DNA of 64,000 nt from Eledone cirrhosa (lineage: Eukaryota), in the NCBI GenBank assembly GCA_964016885.1, contig OZ024744.1, positions 132,370,001 through 132,434,000 on the forward strand. The letters run 5' to 3'. The position numbers were made by a program, and so were the translations under genes. Within the stretch, counting starts at the first letter, position 1. The number at the start of each line of letters is the position of its first letter. A model generated the notes under the pieces. The model was not told the origin of the DNA, searched no databases, and worked only from the letters and a program-made list of their open reading frames with translations. Shown here piece by piece: positions 48,401 to 61,820 of the stretch.

Positions 48401-51400
48401 GTTAAGTTAAGTCGGGGTTAAGTTAAGTTGGGGTTGAGTTAAGTTGGGGTTATTTTAAGTTGAGGTTATGTTAAGTTGGGGTTAATTTAAGTTGGGGTTA
48501 AGTTAAGTTGGGGTTAATTTAAGTTGGGGTTAAGTTCAGTTGGGGTTAATTTAAGTTGGGGTTAAGTTAAGTTGGGTTTAAGTTAAGTTGGGGTTAAGTT
48601 AAGTTGGGGTTAAGTTAAGTTGGGTTTAAGTTAAGTTGGGGCTAAGTTAAGTTGGGTCTAATTTGAGTTGGGGTTAAGTTAAGTTGGGGTTAAGTTAAGT
48701 TGAGGTTAAATTAAGTTGGGGTTAATTAAGTTGGGGTTAAGTTAAGTTGGGGTTAAGTTAAGTTGAGGTTAAGTTAACTTGGGGTTAAGTTAAGTTGGGG
48801 TTACGTTAAGTTGGGGTTGAGTTAAGTTGGGGTTGAGTTAAGTTGGGGTTAAGTTAAGTTGGGGTTAGGTTAAGTTGGGGATAAGTTAAGTTGGGGATAA
48901 GTTAAGTTGGGGTTAAGTTAAGTTGGGTTTAAGTTAAGTTGGGGTTAAGTTAAGTTGGGGTTAAGTTAAGTTGGGGTTAAGTTAAGTTGCGGTTAGTTAA
49001 GTTGAGTTTAAGTTAAGTTGGGGTTAATTTAAGTTGGGGTTAAGTTAAGTTGGGGTTCAGTTAAGTTGGGGTTAAGTCAAGTTGGGGTTAAGTTAAGTTG
49101 GGGTTAAGTTAAGTTGGGGTTAGGTTAAGTTGGGGATAATTTAAGTTGGGGATAAGCTAAGTTGGGGTTAAGTTAAGTTGGGTTTAAGTTAAGTTGGGGT
49201 TAAGTTAAGTTGGGGTTAAATTAAGTTGGGGTTAAGTTAAGCTGGGGTTAAATTAAGTTGGGGTTATGTTAAGTTGGGGTTAAGTTAAGTTGGGGTTAGT
49301 TTAAGTGGGGTTAACCCCAACTTAACTTAACCCCAACTTAACTTAACCCCAACTTCACTCAACCCCAACTTAAATTAACCCCAACTTCACTCAACCCCAA
49401 CTTAACTCAACCCCAACTTAAATTAACCCCAACTTAACTTAACCCTGACTTAACTTAACCCCGACTTAACTTAACCCCGACTTAACTTAACCCCAACTTA
49501 ACTTAAACCCCAACTTAACTTAACCCCAACTTAACTTAACCCCAACTTGACTTAACCCCAACTTAACTCACACCCAACTTAACTTACCCCCAACTTAACT
49601 TAACCACAACTTGACGTAAACCCAACTTAACTTAACCCCAACTTAACTTAACCCCAAAGTCGGAGTTCAGTTAAGTTGGGGTTCAGTTGAGTTAGGCTTA
49701 ACTTAAGTTGGGGTTAAGTTAAGTTGGGGGTAAGTTAAGTTGGGGGTAAGTTAAGTTGGGGTTAAGTTAAGTTGGGGTTAAGTTGGGGTTAAGTTAAGTT
49801 AGGGTTAAGTTAAGTTGGGGTTGAGTTAAGTTGGGGTTAAGTTAAGTGGTGTTTATGTTAAGTTGGGGTTAAGTTAAGTTGGGGTTAAATTAAGTGGGGT
49901 TAACTTAAGTTGGGTGTAAGTTAAGGTGGGGTTGAGTGAAGTTGGGGTTAAGTTAAGTTGGGGTTAAGTTAAGTTAGGGTTAATTTAAGTTGGGGTTATG
50001 TTAAGTTGGTGTTAAGTTAAGTTGGGGTTAAGTCGAGTTGGGGTTAAGTTAAGTTGGGGTTAAGTTAAATTGGTGTTAAGTTAAGTTGGGGTTAAGTTAA
50101 GTTGGGGTTAGTTAAGTTGAGTTTAAGTTAAGTTGGGGTTAATTTAAGTTGGGGTTAAGTTAAGTTGGGGTTCAGTTAAGTTGGGGTTAAGTTAAGTTGG
50201 GGTTGAGTTAAGTTGTGGTTAAGTTAAGTTGGGGTTAGGTTAAGTTGGGGTTAAGTTAAGCTGGGGTTAAATTAAGTTGGGGTTAAGTTAAGTTGGGGTT
50301 AGGTTAAGTTGGGGTTAACCCCAACTTAACTTAACCCCAACTTAACTTAACCCCAACTTCACTCAACCCCAACTTAACTTAACCCCAACTTCACTCAACC
50401 CCAACTTAACTCAACCCCAACTTAACTTAACCCCAACTTAACTTAACCCTAACTTAACTTAACCCCGACTTAAACTTAACCCCGACTTAACTTAACCCCA
50501 ACTTAACTTAACCCCAACTTAACTTAACCCCAACTTAACTTAATCCCAACTTGACTTAACCCCAACTTAACTCACACCCAACTTAACTTACCCCCAACTT
50601 AACTTAACCCCAAAGTCGGAGTTAAGTTAAGTTGGGGTTAAGTTAAGTTAGGCTTAACTTAAGTTGGGGTTAAGTTAAGTTGGGGGTAAGTTAAGTTGGG
50701 GGTAAGTTAAGTTGGGGTTAAGTTAAGTTGGGGTTAAGATAAGTGGTGGTTATGTTAAGTTGAGGTTAAGTTAAGTTAGGGTTAAATTAAGTTGGGGTTA
50801 AGTTAAGTTGGGTGTAAGTTAAGTTGGGGTTGAGTGAAGTTGGGGTTAAGTTAAGTTGGGGTTAAGTAGAGTTGGGGTTAAGTAAAGTTGGGGTTAAGTT
50901 AAGTTGGTGTTAAGTTGGGGTTAAGTTGGGGTTAAGTTAAGTGGTGGTTATGTTAAGTTGGGGTTAAATTAAGTTGGGGTTAATTTAAATTGGGGTTAAG
51001 TTAACTTTGTGGTTAAGTTAAGTTGGGGCTAAGTTAAGTTGGGGCTAAGTTAAGTTGGGGTTAAGTTAAGTTGGGGTTAAGTTAAGTTGGGTTTAATTTA
51101 AGTTGGGGTCAACTTAAGTTGGGGTTAAGTTGAGTTGGGGTTAAATTAAGTTGGGGTTAATTTAAGTTGGGGCTAAGTTAAGTTGGGGCTGAGTTAAGTT
51201 GGGGTTAAGTTAAGTTGGGGTTAAGTTAAGTTGGGGTTAAGTTAATTTTGGGTTAAGTTAAGTTGTGTTTCAGTTAAGTTGGGGTTAAGTTAAGTTTGGG
51301 TTAATTTGGGGTTAAATTAAGTTGGGGTTAAGTTAAGTTGGGGTTAAGTTAAGTTGGGGTTAAGTTAAGTTGGGGTTAATTTAAGTTGGGGTTAAGTTAA

Positions 51401-54400
51401 GTCGGGGTTAAGTTAAGTCGGTGTTAAGTTAAGTTAGGGTTAAGTTAAGTTGGGGTTAAGTTAAGTTGGCTTTAAGTTAAGCTGGGGTTAAGTTAAGTTG
51501 GGGTTAAATTAAGTTGGGGTTAAGTTAAGTTGGGGTTAGGTTAAGTTTGGGTTAGGTTAAGTTGGGGTTAAATTAAGTTGGGGTTAAGTTAAGTTGGGGT
51601 TAAGTTAAGTTGGGGTTAGGTTAAGTTGGGGATAAGTTAAGTTGGGGATAATTTAAGTTGGGGTTAAGTTAAGTTGGGTTTAAGTTAAGCTGGGGTTAAG
51701 TTAAGTTGGGGTTAAATTAAGTTGGGGTTAAGTTAAGTTGGGGTTAAGTTAAATTTGGGTTAGGTTAAGTTGGGGATTAGTTAAGTTGGGGATAAGTTAA
51801 GTTGGGGTTAAGTTAAGTTGGGTTTAAGTTAAGTTGTGGTTAAGTTAAGTTGGGGTTAAGTTAAGTTGGGGGTTAAGTTAAGTTGGGGTTAGGTTAAGTT
51901 GGGGATAAGTTAAGTTGGGGATAATTTAAGTTGGGGTTAAGTTAAGTTGGGTTTAAGTTAAGCTGGGGTTAAGTTAAGTTGGGGTTAAATTAAGTTGGGT
52001 TTAAGTTAAGTTGGGGTTAAGTTAAGTCGGGGTTAAGTTAAGTTGGGGTTGAGTTAAGTTGGGGTTATTTTAAGTTGAGGTTATGTTAAGTTGGGGTTAA
52101 TTTAAGTTGGGGTTAAGTTAAGTTGGGGTTAATTTAAGTTGGGGTTAAGTTCAGTTGGGGTTAATTTAAGTTGGGGTTAAGTTAAGTTGGGTTTAAGTTA
52201 AGTTGGGGTTAAGTTAAGTTGGGGTTAAGTTAAGTTGGGTTTAAGTTAAGTTGGGGCTAAGTTAAGTTGGGTCTAATTTGAGTTGGGGTTAAGTTAAGTT
52301 GGGGTTAAGTTAAGTTGAGGTTAAATTAAGTTGGGGTTAATTAAGTTGGGGTTAAGTTAAGTTGGGGTTAAGTTAAGTTGAGGTTAAGTTAACTTGGGGT
52401 TAAGTTAAGTTGGGGTTAAGTTAAGTTGGGGTTGAGTTAAGTTGGGGTTGAGTTAAGTTGGGGTTAAGTTAAGTTGGGGTTAAGTTAAGTTGGGGTTAAG
52501 TTAAGTTGGGGTTAATTTAAGTTCGGGTTAAGTTAAGTTCGGGGTAAGCTAAGTTGGGGTTAAGTTAAATCGGGTCTAAGTTAAGTGGGAGGTTAAGTTA
52601 AGTTGGGGTTGAGTTAAGTTGTGGTTAAGTTAACTTGAGGTTAAGTTAAGTTAAGTTTGAGTTAAGTTGGGGTTAAGTTGGGGTTAAGTTAAGTTGGGGT
52701 TAAGTTACGTTGGGGTTAAGTTAAGTTGGGGTTAAGTTGAGGTTAAGTTAAGTTGTGGTTAAGTTAAGTTGGGGCTAAGTTAAGTTGGGGCTAAGTTAAG
52801 TTGGGGTTAAGTTAAGTTGGGGTTAATTTAAGTTGGGGTTAGGTTAAGTTGGGGATAAGTTAAGTTGGGGATAAGTTAAGTTGGGGTTAAGTTAAGTTGG
52901 GTTTACGTTAAGCTGGGGTTAAGTTAAGTTGGGGTTAAATTAAGTTGGGGTTAAGTTAAGTTTGGGTTAGGTTAAGTTGGGGATAAGTTAAGTTGGGGAT
53001 AAGTTAAGTTGGGGTTAAGTTAAGTTGGGTTTAAGTTAAGTTGGGGTTAAGTTAAGTTGGGGTTAAGTTAAGTTGGGGTTAGGTTAAGTTGGGGTTAACC
53101 CCAACTTAACTTAACCCCAACTTAACTTAACCCCAACTTAACTTAACCCTAACTTAACTTAACCCCGACTTAACGTAAGCCCGACTTAACTTAACCCCAT
53201 CTTAACTTACCCCCAAACTTAACTTAACCCCAAAGTCGGAGTTAAGTTGGGGTTAAGTTAAGTTGGGGTTAAGTTAAGTGGTGGTTATGTTAAGTTGGGG
53301 TTAAGTTAAGTTGGGGTTAAATTAAGTTGGGGTTAAGTGAAGTTGGGTGTAAGTTAAGTTGGGGTTGAGTGAAGTTGGGGTTAAGTTAAGTTGGGGTTAA
53401 GTAGAGTTGGGGTTAAGTTAAGTTGGGGTTAAGTTAAGTTGGTGTTAAGTTGGGGTTAAGTTAAGTTGGGGTTAAGTTAAGTTGGGGTTGAGTGAAGTTG
53501 GGGTTAAGTTAAGTTGGGGTTAAATTAATTTGGGGTTAACTTAAGTTGGGTTTAAGTTAAGTTGCGGTTAAGTTAAGTTGGGGTTAAGTTAAGTTGGGGT
53601 TAAGTTAAGTCGGGGTTAAGTTAAGTTGGGGTTGAGTTAAGTTGGGGTTATTTTAAGTTGAGGTTATGTTAAGTTGGGGTTAATTTAAGTTGGGGTTAAG
53701 TTAAGTTGGGGTTAATTTAAGTTGGGGTTAAGTTCAGTTGGGGTTAATTTAAGTTGGGGTTAAGTTAAGTTGGGTTTAAGTTAAGTTGGGGTTAAGTTAA
53801 GTTGGGGTTAAGTTAAGTTGGGTTTAAGTTAAGTTGGGGCTAAGTTAAGTTGGGTCTAATTTGAGTTGGGGTTAAGTTAAGTTGGGGTTAAGTTAAGTTG
53901 AGGTTAAATTAAGTTGGGGTTAATTAAGTTGGGGTTAAGTTAAGTTGGGGTTAAGTTAAGTTGAGGTTAAGTTAACTTGGGGTTAAGTTAAGTTGGGGTT
54001 AAGTTAAGTTGGGGTTGAGTTAAGTTGGGGTTGAGTTAAGTTGGGGTTAAGTTAAGTTGGGGTTAGGTTAAGTTGGGGATAAGTTAAGTTGGGGATAAGT
54101 TAAGTTGGGGTTAAGTTAAGTTGGGTTTAAGTTAAGTTGGGGTTAAGTTAAGTTGGGGTTAAGTTAAGTTGGGGTTAAGTTAAGTTGCGGTTAGTTAAGT
54201 TGAGTTTAAGTTAAGTTGGGGTTAATTTAAGTTGGGGTTAAGTTAAGTTGGGGTTCAGTTAAGTTGGGGTTAAGTCAAGTTGGGGTTAAGTTAAGTTGGG
54301 GTTAAGTTAAGTTGGGGTTAGGTTAAGTTGGGGATAATTTAAGTTGGGGATAAGCTAAGTTGGGGTTAAGTTAAGTTGGGTTTAAGTTAAGTTGGGGTTA

Positions 54401-57400
54401 AGTTAAGTTGGGGTTAAATTAAGTTGGGGTTAAGTTAAGCTGGGGTTAAATTAAGTTGGGGTTATGTTAAGTTGGGGTTAAGTTAAGTTGGGGTTAGTTT
54501 AAGTGGGGTTAACCCCAACTTAACTTAACCCCAACTTAACTTAACCCCAACTTCACTCAACCCCAACTTAAATTAACCCCAACTTCACTCAACCCCAACT
54601 TAACTCAACCCCAACTTAAATTAACCCCAACTTAACTTAACCCTGACTTAACTTAACCCCGACTTAACTTAACCCCGACTTAACTTAACCCCAACTTAAC
54701 TTAAACCCCAACTTAACTTAACCCCAACTTAACTTAACCCCAACTTGACTTAACCCCAACTTAACTCACACCCAACTTAACTTACCCCCAACTTAACTTA
54801 ACCACAACTTGACGTAAACCCAACTTAACTTAACCCCAACTTAACTTAACCCCAAAGTCGGAGTTCAGTTAAGTTGGGGTTCAGTTGAGTTAGGCTTAAC
54901 TTAAGTTGGGGTTAAGTTAAGTTGGGGGTAAGTTAAGTTGGGGGTAAGTTAAGTTGGGGTTAAGTTAAGTTGGGGTTAAGTTGGGGTTAAGTTAAGTTAG
55001 GGTTAAGTTAAGTTGGGGTTGAGTTAAGTTGGGGTTAAGTTAAGTGGTGTTTATGTTAAGTTGGGGTTAAGTTAAGTTGGGGTTAAATTAAGTGGGGTTA
55101 ACTTAAGTTGGGTGTAAGTTAAGGTGGGGTTGAGTGAAGTTGGGGTTAAGTTAAGTTGGGGTTAAGTTAAGTTAGGGTTAATTTAAGTTGGGGTTATGTT
55201 AAGTTGGTGTTAAGTTAAGTTGGGGTTAAGTCGAGTTGGGGTTAAGTTAAGTTGGGGTTAAGTTAAATTGGTGTTAAGTTAAGTTGGGGTTAAGTTAAGT
55301 TGGGGTTAGTTAAGTTGAGTTTAAGTTAAGTTGGGGTTAATTTAAGTTGGGGTTAAGTTAAGTTGGGGTTCAGTTAAGTTGGGGTTAAGTTAAGTTGGGG
55401 TTGAGTTAAGTTGTGGTTAAGTTAAGTTGGGGTTAGGTTAAGTTGGGGTTAAGTTAAGCTGGGGTTAAATTAAGTTGGGGTTAAGTTAAGTTGGGGTTAG
55501 GTTAAGTTGGGGTTAACCCCAACTTAACTTAACCCCAACTTAACTTAACCCCAACTTCACTCAACCCCAACTTAACTTAACCCCAACTTCACTCAACCCC
55601 AACTTAACTCAACCCCAACTTAACTTAACCCCAACTTAACTTAACCCTAACTTAACTTAACCCCGACTTAAACTTAACCCCGACTTAACTTAACCCCAAC
55701 TTAACTTAACCCCAACTTAACTTAACCCCAACTTAACTTAATCCCAACTTGACTTAACCCCAACTTAACTCACACCCAACTTAACTTACCCCCAACTTAA
55801 CTTAACCCCAAAGTCGGAGTTAAGTTAAGTTGGGGTTAAGTTAAGTTAGGCTTAACTTAAGTTGGGGTTAAGTTAAGTTGGGGGTAAGTTAAGTTGGGGG
55901 TAAGTTAAGTTGGGGTTAAGTTAAGTTGGGGTTAAGATAAGTGGTGGTTATGTTAAGTTGAGGTTAAGTTAAGTTAGGGTTAAATTAAGTTGGGGTTAAG
56001 TTAAGTTGGGTGTAAGTTAAGTTGGGGTTGAGTGAAGTTGGGGTTAAGTTAAGTTGGGGTTAAGTAGAGTTGGGGTTAAGTAAAGTTGGGGTTAAGTTAA
56101 GTTGGTGTTAAGTTGGGGTTAAGTTGGGGTTAAGTTAAGTGGTGGTTATGTTAAGTTGGGGTTAAATTAAGTTGGGGTTAATTTAAATTGGGGTTAAGTT
56201 AACTTTGTGGTTAAGTTAAGTTGGGGTTAAGTTAAGTTGGGGTTAAATTAAGTTGGGGTTGAGTGAAGTTGGGGTTAAGTTAAGTTGGGGTTAAGTTAAG
56301 TTAGGGTTAATTTAAGTTGGGGTTATGTTAAGTTGGGGTTAAGTTAAGTTGGGGTTAAGTAGAGTTGGGGTTAAGTTAAGTTGGGGTTAAGTTAAGTTGG
56401 TGTTAAGTTGGGGTTAAGTTAAGTTGGGGTTAAGTTAAGTCGGAGTTAAGTTAAGTTGGGGTTGAGTTAAGTTGGGGTTAATTTAAGTTGAGGTTATGTT
56501 AAGTTGGGGTTAATTTAAGTTGGGGTTAATTTAAGTTGGGGTTAAGTTAAGTTGGGGTTAAGTTGAGGTTAAGTTAAGTTGTGGTTAAGTTAAGTTGGGG
56601 CTAAGTTAAGTTGGGGCTAAGTTAAGTTGGGGCTAAGTTAAGTTGGGGTTAAGTTAAGTTGGGGTTAAGTTAAGTTGGGTTTAATTTAAGTTGGGGTCAA
56701 CTTAAGTTGGGGTTAAGTTGAGTTGGGGTTAAATTAAGTTGGGGTTAATTTAAGTTGGGGCTAAGTTAAGTTGGGGCTGAGTTAAGTTGGGGTTAAGTTA
56801 AGTTGGGGTTAAGTTAAGTTGGGGTTAAGTTAATTTTGGGTTAAGTTAAGTTGTGTTTCAGTTAAGTTGGGGTTAAGTTAAGTTTGGGTTAATTTGGGGT
56901 TAAATTAAGTTGGGGTTAAGTTAAGTTGGGGTTAAGTTAAGTTGGGGTTAAGTTAAGTTGGGGTTAATTTAAGTTGGGGTTAAGTTAAGTCGGGGTTAAG
57001 TTAAGTCGGTGTTAAGTTAAGTTAGGGTTAAGTTAAGTTGGGGTTAAGTTAAGTTGGCTTTAAGTTAAGCTGGGGTTAAGTTAAGTTGGGGTTAAATTAA
57101 GTTGGGGTTAAGTTAAGTTGGGGTTAGGTTAAGTTTGGGTTAGGTTAAGTTGGGGTTAAATTAAGTTGGGGTTAAGTTAAGTTGGGGTTAAGTTAAGTTG
57201 GGGTTAGGTTAAGTTGGGGATAAGTTAAGTTGGGGATAATTTAAGTTGGGGTTAAGTTAAGTTGGGTTTAAGTTAAGCTGGGGTTAAGTTAAGTTGGGGT
57301 TAAATTAAGTTGGGGTTAAGTTAAGTTGGGGTTAAGTTAAATTTGGGTTAGGTTAAGTTGGGGATTAGTTAAGTTGGGGATAAGTTAAGTTGGGGTTAAG

Positions 57401-60400
57401 TTAAGTTGGGTTTAAGTTAAGTTGTGGTTAAGTTAAGTTGGGGTTAAGTTAAGTTGGGGGTTAAGTTAAGTTGGGGTTAGGTTAAGTTGGGGATAAGTTA
57501 AGTTGGGGATAATTTAAGTTGGGGTTAAGTTAAGTTGGGTTTAAGTTAAGCTGGGGTTAAGTTAAGTTGGGGTTAAATTAAGTTGGGTTTAAGTTAAGTT
57601 GGGGTTAAGTTAAGTCGGGGTTAAGTTAAGTTGGGGTTGAGTTAAGTTGGGGTTATTTTAAGTTGAGGTTATGTTAAGTTGGGGTTAATTTAAGTTGGGG
57701 TTAAGTTAAGTTGGGGTTAATTTAAGTTGGGGTTAAGTTCAGTTGGGGTTAATTTAAGTTGGGGTTAAGTTAAGTTGGGTTTAAGTTAAGTTGGGGTTAA
57801 GTTAAGTTGGGGTTAAGTTAAGTTGGGTTTAAGTTAAGTTGGGGCTAAGTTAAGTTGGGTCTAATTTGAGTTGGGGTTAAGTTAAGTTGGGGTTAAGTTA
57901 AGTTGAGGTTAAATTAAGTTGGGGTTAATTAAGTTGGGGTTAAGTTAAGTTGGGGTTAAGTTAAGTTGAGGTTAAGTTAACTTGGGGTTAAGTTAAGTTG
58001 GGGTTAAGTTAAGTTGGGGTTGAGTTAAGTTGGGGTTGAGTTAAGTTGGGGTTAAGTTAAGTTGGGGTTAAGTTAATTGGGGTTAAGTTAAGTTGGGGTT
58101 AATTTAAGTTCGGGTTAAGTTAAGTTCGGGGTAAGCTAAGTTGGGGTTAAGTTAAATCGGGTCTAAGTTAAGTGGGAGGTTAAGTTAAGTTGGGGTTGAG
58201 TTAAGTTGTGGTTAAGTTAACTTGAGGTTAAGTTAAGTTAAGTTTGAGTTAAGTTGGGGTTAAGTTGGGGTTAAGTTAAGTTGGGGTTAAGTTACGTTGG
58301 GGTTAAGTTAAGTTGGGGTTAAGTTGAGGTTAAGTTAAGTTGTGGTTAAGTTAAGTTGGGGCTAAGTTAAGTTGGGGCTAAGTTAAGTTGGGGTTAAGTT
58401 AAGTTGGGGTTAATTTAAGTTGGGGTTAGGTTAAGTTGGGGATAAGTTAAGTTGGGGATAAGTTAAGTTGGGGTTAAGTTAAGTTGGGTTTACGTTAAGC
58501 TGGGGTTAAGTTAAGTTGGGGTTAAATTAAGTTGGGGTTAAGTTAAGTTTGGGTTAGGTTAAGTTGGGGATAAGTTAAGTTGGGGATAAGTTAAGTTGGG
58601 GTTAAGTTAAGTTGGGGTTTAAGTTAAGTTGGGGTTAAGTTAAGTTGGGGTTAAGTTAAGTTGGGGTTAGGTTAAGTTGGGGTTAACCCCAACTTAACTT
58701 AACCCCAACTTAACTTAACCCCAACTTAACTTAACCCTAACTTAACTTAACCCCGACTTAACGTAAGCCCGACTTAACTTAACCCCATCTTAACTTACCC
58801 CCAAACTTAACTTAACCCCAAAGTCGGAGTTAAGTTGGGGTTAAGTTAAGTTGGGGTTAAGTTAAGTGGTGGTTATGTTAAGTTGGGGTTAAGTTAAGTT
58901 GGGGTTAAATTAAGTTGGGGTTAAGTTAAGTTGGGTGTAAGTTAAGTTGGGGTTGAGTGAAGTTGGGGTTAAGTTAAGTTGGGGTTAAGTAGAGTTGGGG
59001 TTAAGTTAAGTTGGGGTTAAGTTAAGTTGGTGTTAAGTTGGGGTTAAGTTAAGTTGGGGTTAAGTTAAGTTGGGGTTGAGTGAAGTTGGGGTTAAGTTAA
59101 GTTGGGGTTAAATTAATTTGGGGTTAACTTAAGTTGGGTTTAAGTTAAGTTGCGGTTAAGTTAAGTTGGGGTTAAGTTAAGTTGGGGTTAAGTTAAGTCG
59201 GGGTTAAGTTAAGTTGGGGTTGAGTTAAGTTGGGGTTATTTTAAGTTGAGGTTATGTTAAGTTGGGGTTAATTTAAGTTGGGGTTAAGTTAAGTTGGGGT
59301 TAATTTAAGTTGGGGTTAAGTTCAGTTGGGGTTAATTTAAGTTGGGGTTAAGTTAAGTTGGGTTTAAGTTAAGTTGGGGTTAAGTTAAGTTGGGGTTAAG
59401 TTAAGTTGGGTTTAAGTTAAGTTGGGGCTAAGTTAAGTTGGGTCTAATTTGAGTTGGGGTTAAGTTAAGTTGGGGTTAAGTTAAGTTGAGGTTAAATTAA
59501 GTTGGGGTTAATTAAGTTGGGGTTAAGTTAAGTTGGGGTTAAGTTAAGTTGAGGTTAAGTTAACTTGGGGTTAAGTTAAGTTGGGGTTAAGTTAAGTTGG
59601 GGTTGAGTTAAGTTGGGGTTGAGTTAAGTTGGGGTTAAGTTAAGTTGGGGTTAGGTTAAGTTGGGGATAAGTTAAGTTGGGGATAAGTTAAGTTGGGGTT
59701 AAGTTAAGTTGGGTTTAAGTTAAGTTGGGGTTAAGTTAAGTTGGGGTTAAGTTAAGTTGGGGTTAAGTTAAGTTGCGGTTAGTTAAGTTGAGTTTAAGTT
59801 AAGTTGGGGTTAATTTAAGTTGGGGTTAAGTTAAGTTGGGGTTCAGTTAAGTTGGGGTTAAGTTAAGTTGGGGTTAGGTTAAGTTGGGGATAATTTAAGT
59901 TGGGGATAAGCTAAGTTGGGGTTAAGTTAAGTTGGGTTTAAGTTAAGTTGGGGTTAAGTTAAGTTGGGGTTAAATTAAGTTGGGGTTAAGTTAAGCTGGG
60001 GTTAAATTAAGTTGGGGTTATGTTAAGTTGGGGTTAAGTTAAGTTGGGGTTAGTTTAAGTGGGGTTAACCCCAACTTAACTTAACCCCAACTTAACTTAA
60101 CCCCAACTTCACTCAACCCCAACTTAAATTAACCCCAACTTCACTCAACCCCAACTTAACTCAACCCCAACTTAAATTAACCCCAACTTAACTTAACCCT
60201 GACTTAACTTAACCCCGACTTAACTTAACCCCGACTTAACTTAACCCCAACTTAACTTAAACCCCAACTTAACTTAACCCCAACTTAACTTAACCCCAAC
60301 TTGACTTAACCCCAACTTAACTCACACCCAACTTAACTTACCCCCAACTTAACTTAACCACAACTTGACGTAAACCCAACTTAACTTAACCCCAACTTAA

Positions 60401-61820
60401 CTTAACCCCAAAGTCGGAGTTCAGTTAAGTTGGGGTTCAGTTGAGTTAGGCTTAACTTAAGTTGGGGTTAAGTTAAGTTGGGGGTAAGTTAAGTTGGGGG
60501 TAAGTTAAGTTGGGGTTAAGTTAAGTTGGGGTTAAGTTGGGGTTAAGTTAAGTTAGGGTTAAGTTAAGTTGGGGTTGAGTTAAGTTGGGGTTAAGTTAAG
60601 TGGTGTTTATGTTAAGTTGGGGTTAAGTTAAGTTGGGGTTAAATTAAGTGGGGTTAACTTAAGTTGGGTGTAAGTTAAGGTGGGGTTGAGTGAAGTTGGG
60701 GTTAAGTTAAGTTGGGGTTAAGTTAAGTTAGGGTTAATTTAAGTTGGGGTTATGTTAAGTTGGTGTTAAGTTAAGTTGGGGTTAAGTCGAGTTGGGGTTA
60801 AGTTAAGTTGGGGTTAAGTTAAATTGGTGTTAAGTTAAGTTGGGGTTAAGTTAAGTTGGGGTTAGTTAAGTTGAGTTTAAGTTAAGTTGGGGTTAATTTA
60901 AGTTGGGGTTAAGTTAAGTTGGGGTTCAGTTAAGTTGGGGTTAAGTTAAGTTGGGGTTGAGTTAAGTTGTGGTTAAGTTAAGTTGGGGTTAGGTTAAGTT
61001 GGGGTTAAGTTAAGCTGGGGTTAAATTAAGTTGGGGTTAAGTTAAGTTGGGGTTAGGTTAAGTTGGGGTTAACCCCAACTTAACTTAACCCCAACTTAAC
61101 TTAACCCCAACTTCACTCAACCCCAACTTAACTTAACCCCAACTTCACTCAACCCCAACTTAACTCAACCCCAACTTAACTTAACCCCAACTTAACTTAA
61201 CCCTAACTTAACTTAACCCCGACTTAAACTTAACCCCGACTTAACTTAACCCCAACTTAACTTAACCCCAACTTAACTTAACCCCAACTTAACTTAATCC
61301 CAACTTGACTTAACCCCAACTTAACTCACACCCAACTTAACTTACCCCCAACTTAACTTAACCCCAAAGTCGGAGTTAAGTTAAGTTGGGGTTAAGTTAA
61401 GTTAGGCTTAACTTAAGTTGGGGTTAAGTTAAGTTGGGGGTAAGTTAAGTTGGGGGTAAGTTAAGTTGGGGTTAAGTTAAGTTGGGGTTAAGATAAGTGG
61501 TGGTTGTGTTAAGTTGAGGTTAAGTTAAGTTAGGGTTAAATTAAGTTGGGATTAAGTTAAGTTGGGTGTAAGTTAAGTTGGGGTTGAGTGAAGTTGGGGT
61601 TAAGTTAAGTTGGGGTTAAGTAGAGTTGGGGTTAAGTAAAGTTGGGGTTAAGTTAAGTTGGTGTTAAGTTGGGGTTAAGTTGGGGTTAAGTTAAGTGGTG
61701 GTTATGTTAAGTTGGGGTTAAATTAAGTTGGGGTTAATTTAAATTGGGGTTAAGTTAACTTTGTGGTTAAGTTAAGTTGGGGTTAAGTTAAGTTGGGGTT
61801 AAATTAAGTTGGGGTTGAGT
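45440..61820 (+). repeat. ~5.2-5.6-kb higher-order repeat of satellite B, three copies
   Basis: Island triplets start at 47899/49313/50317, 53097/54511/55515 and 58685/60067/61071 (periods 5,198 then 5,588/5,556). End points are approximate. Confidence 0.9.
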
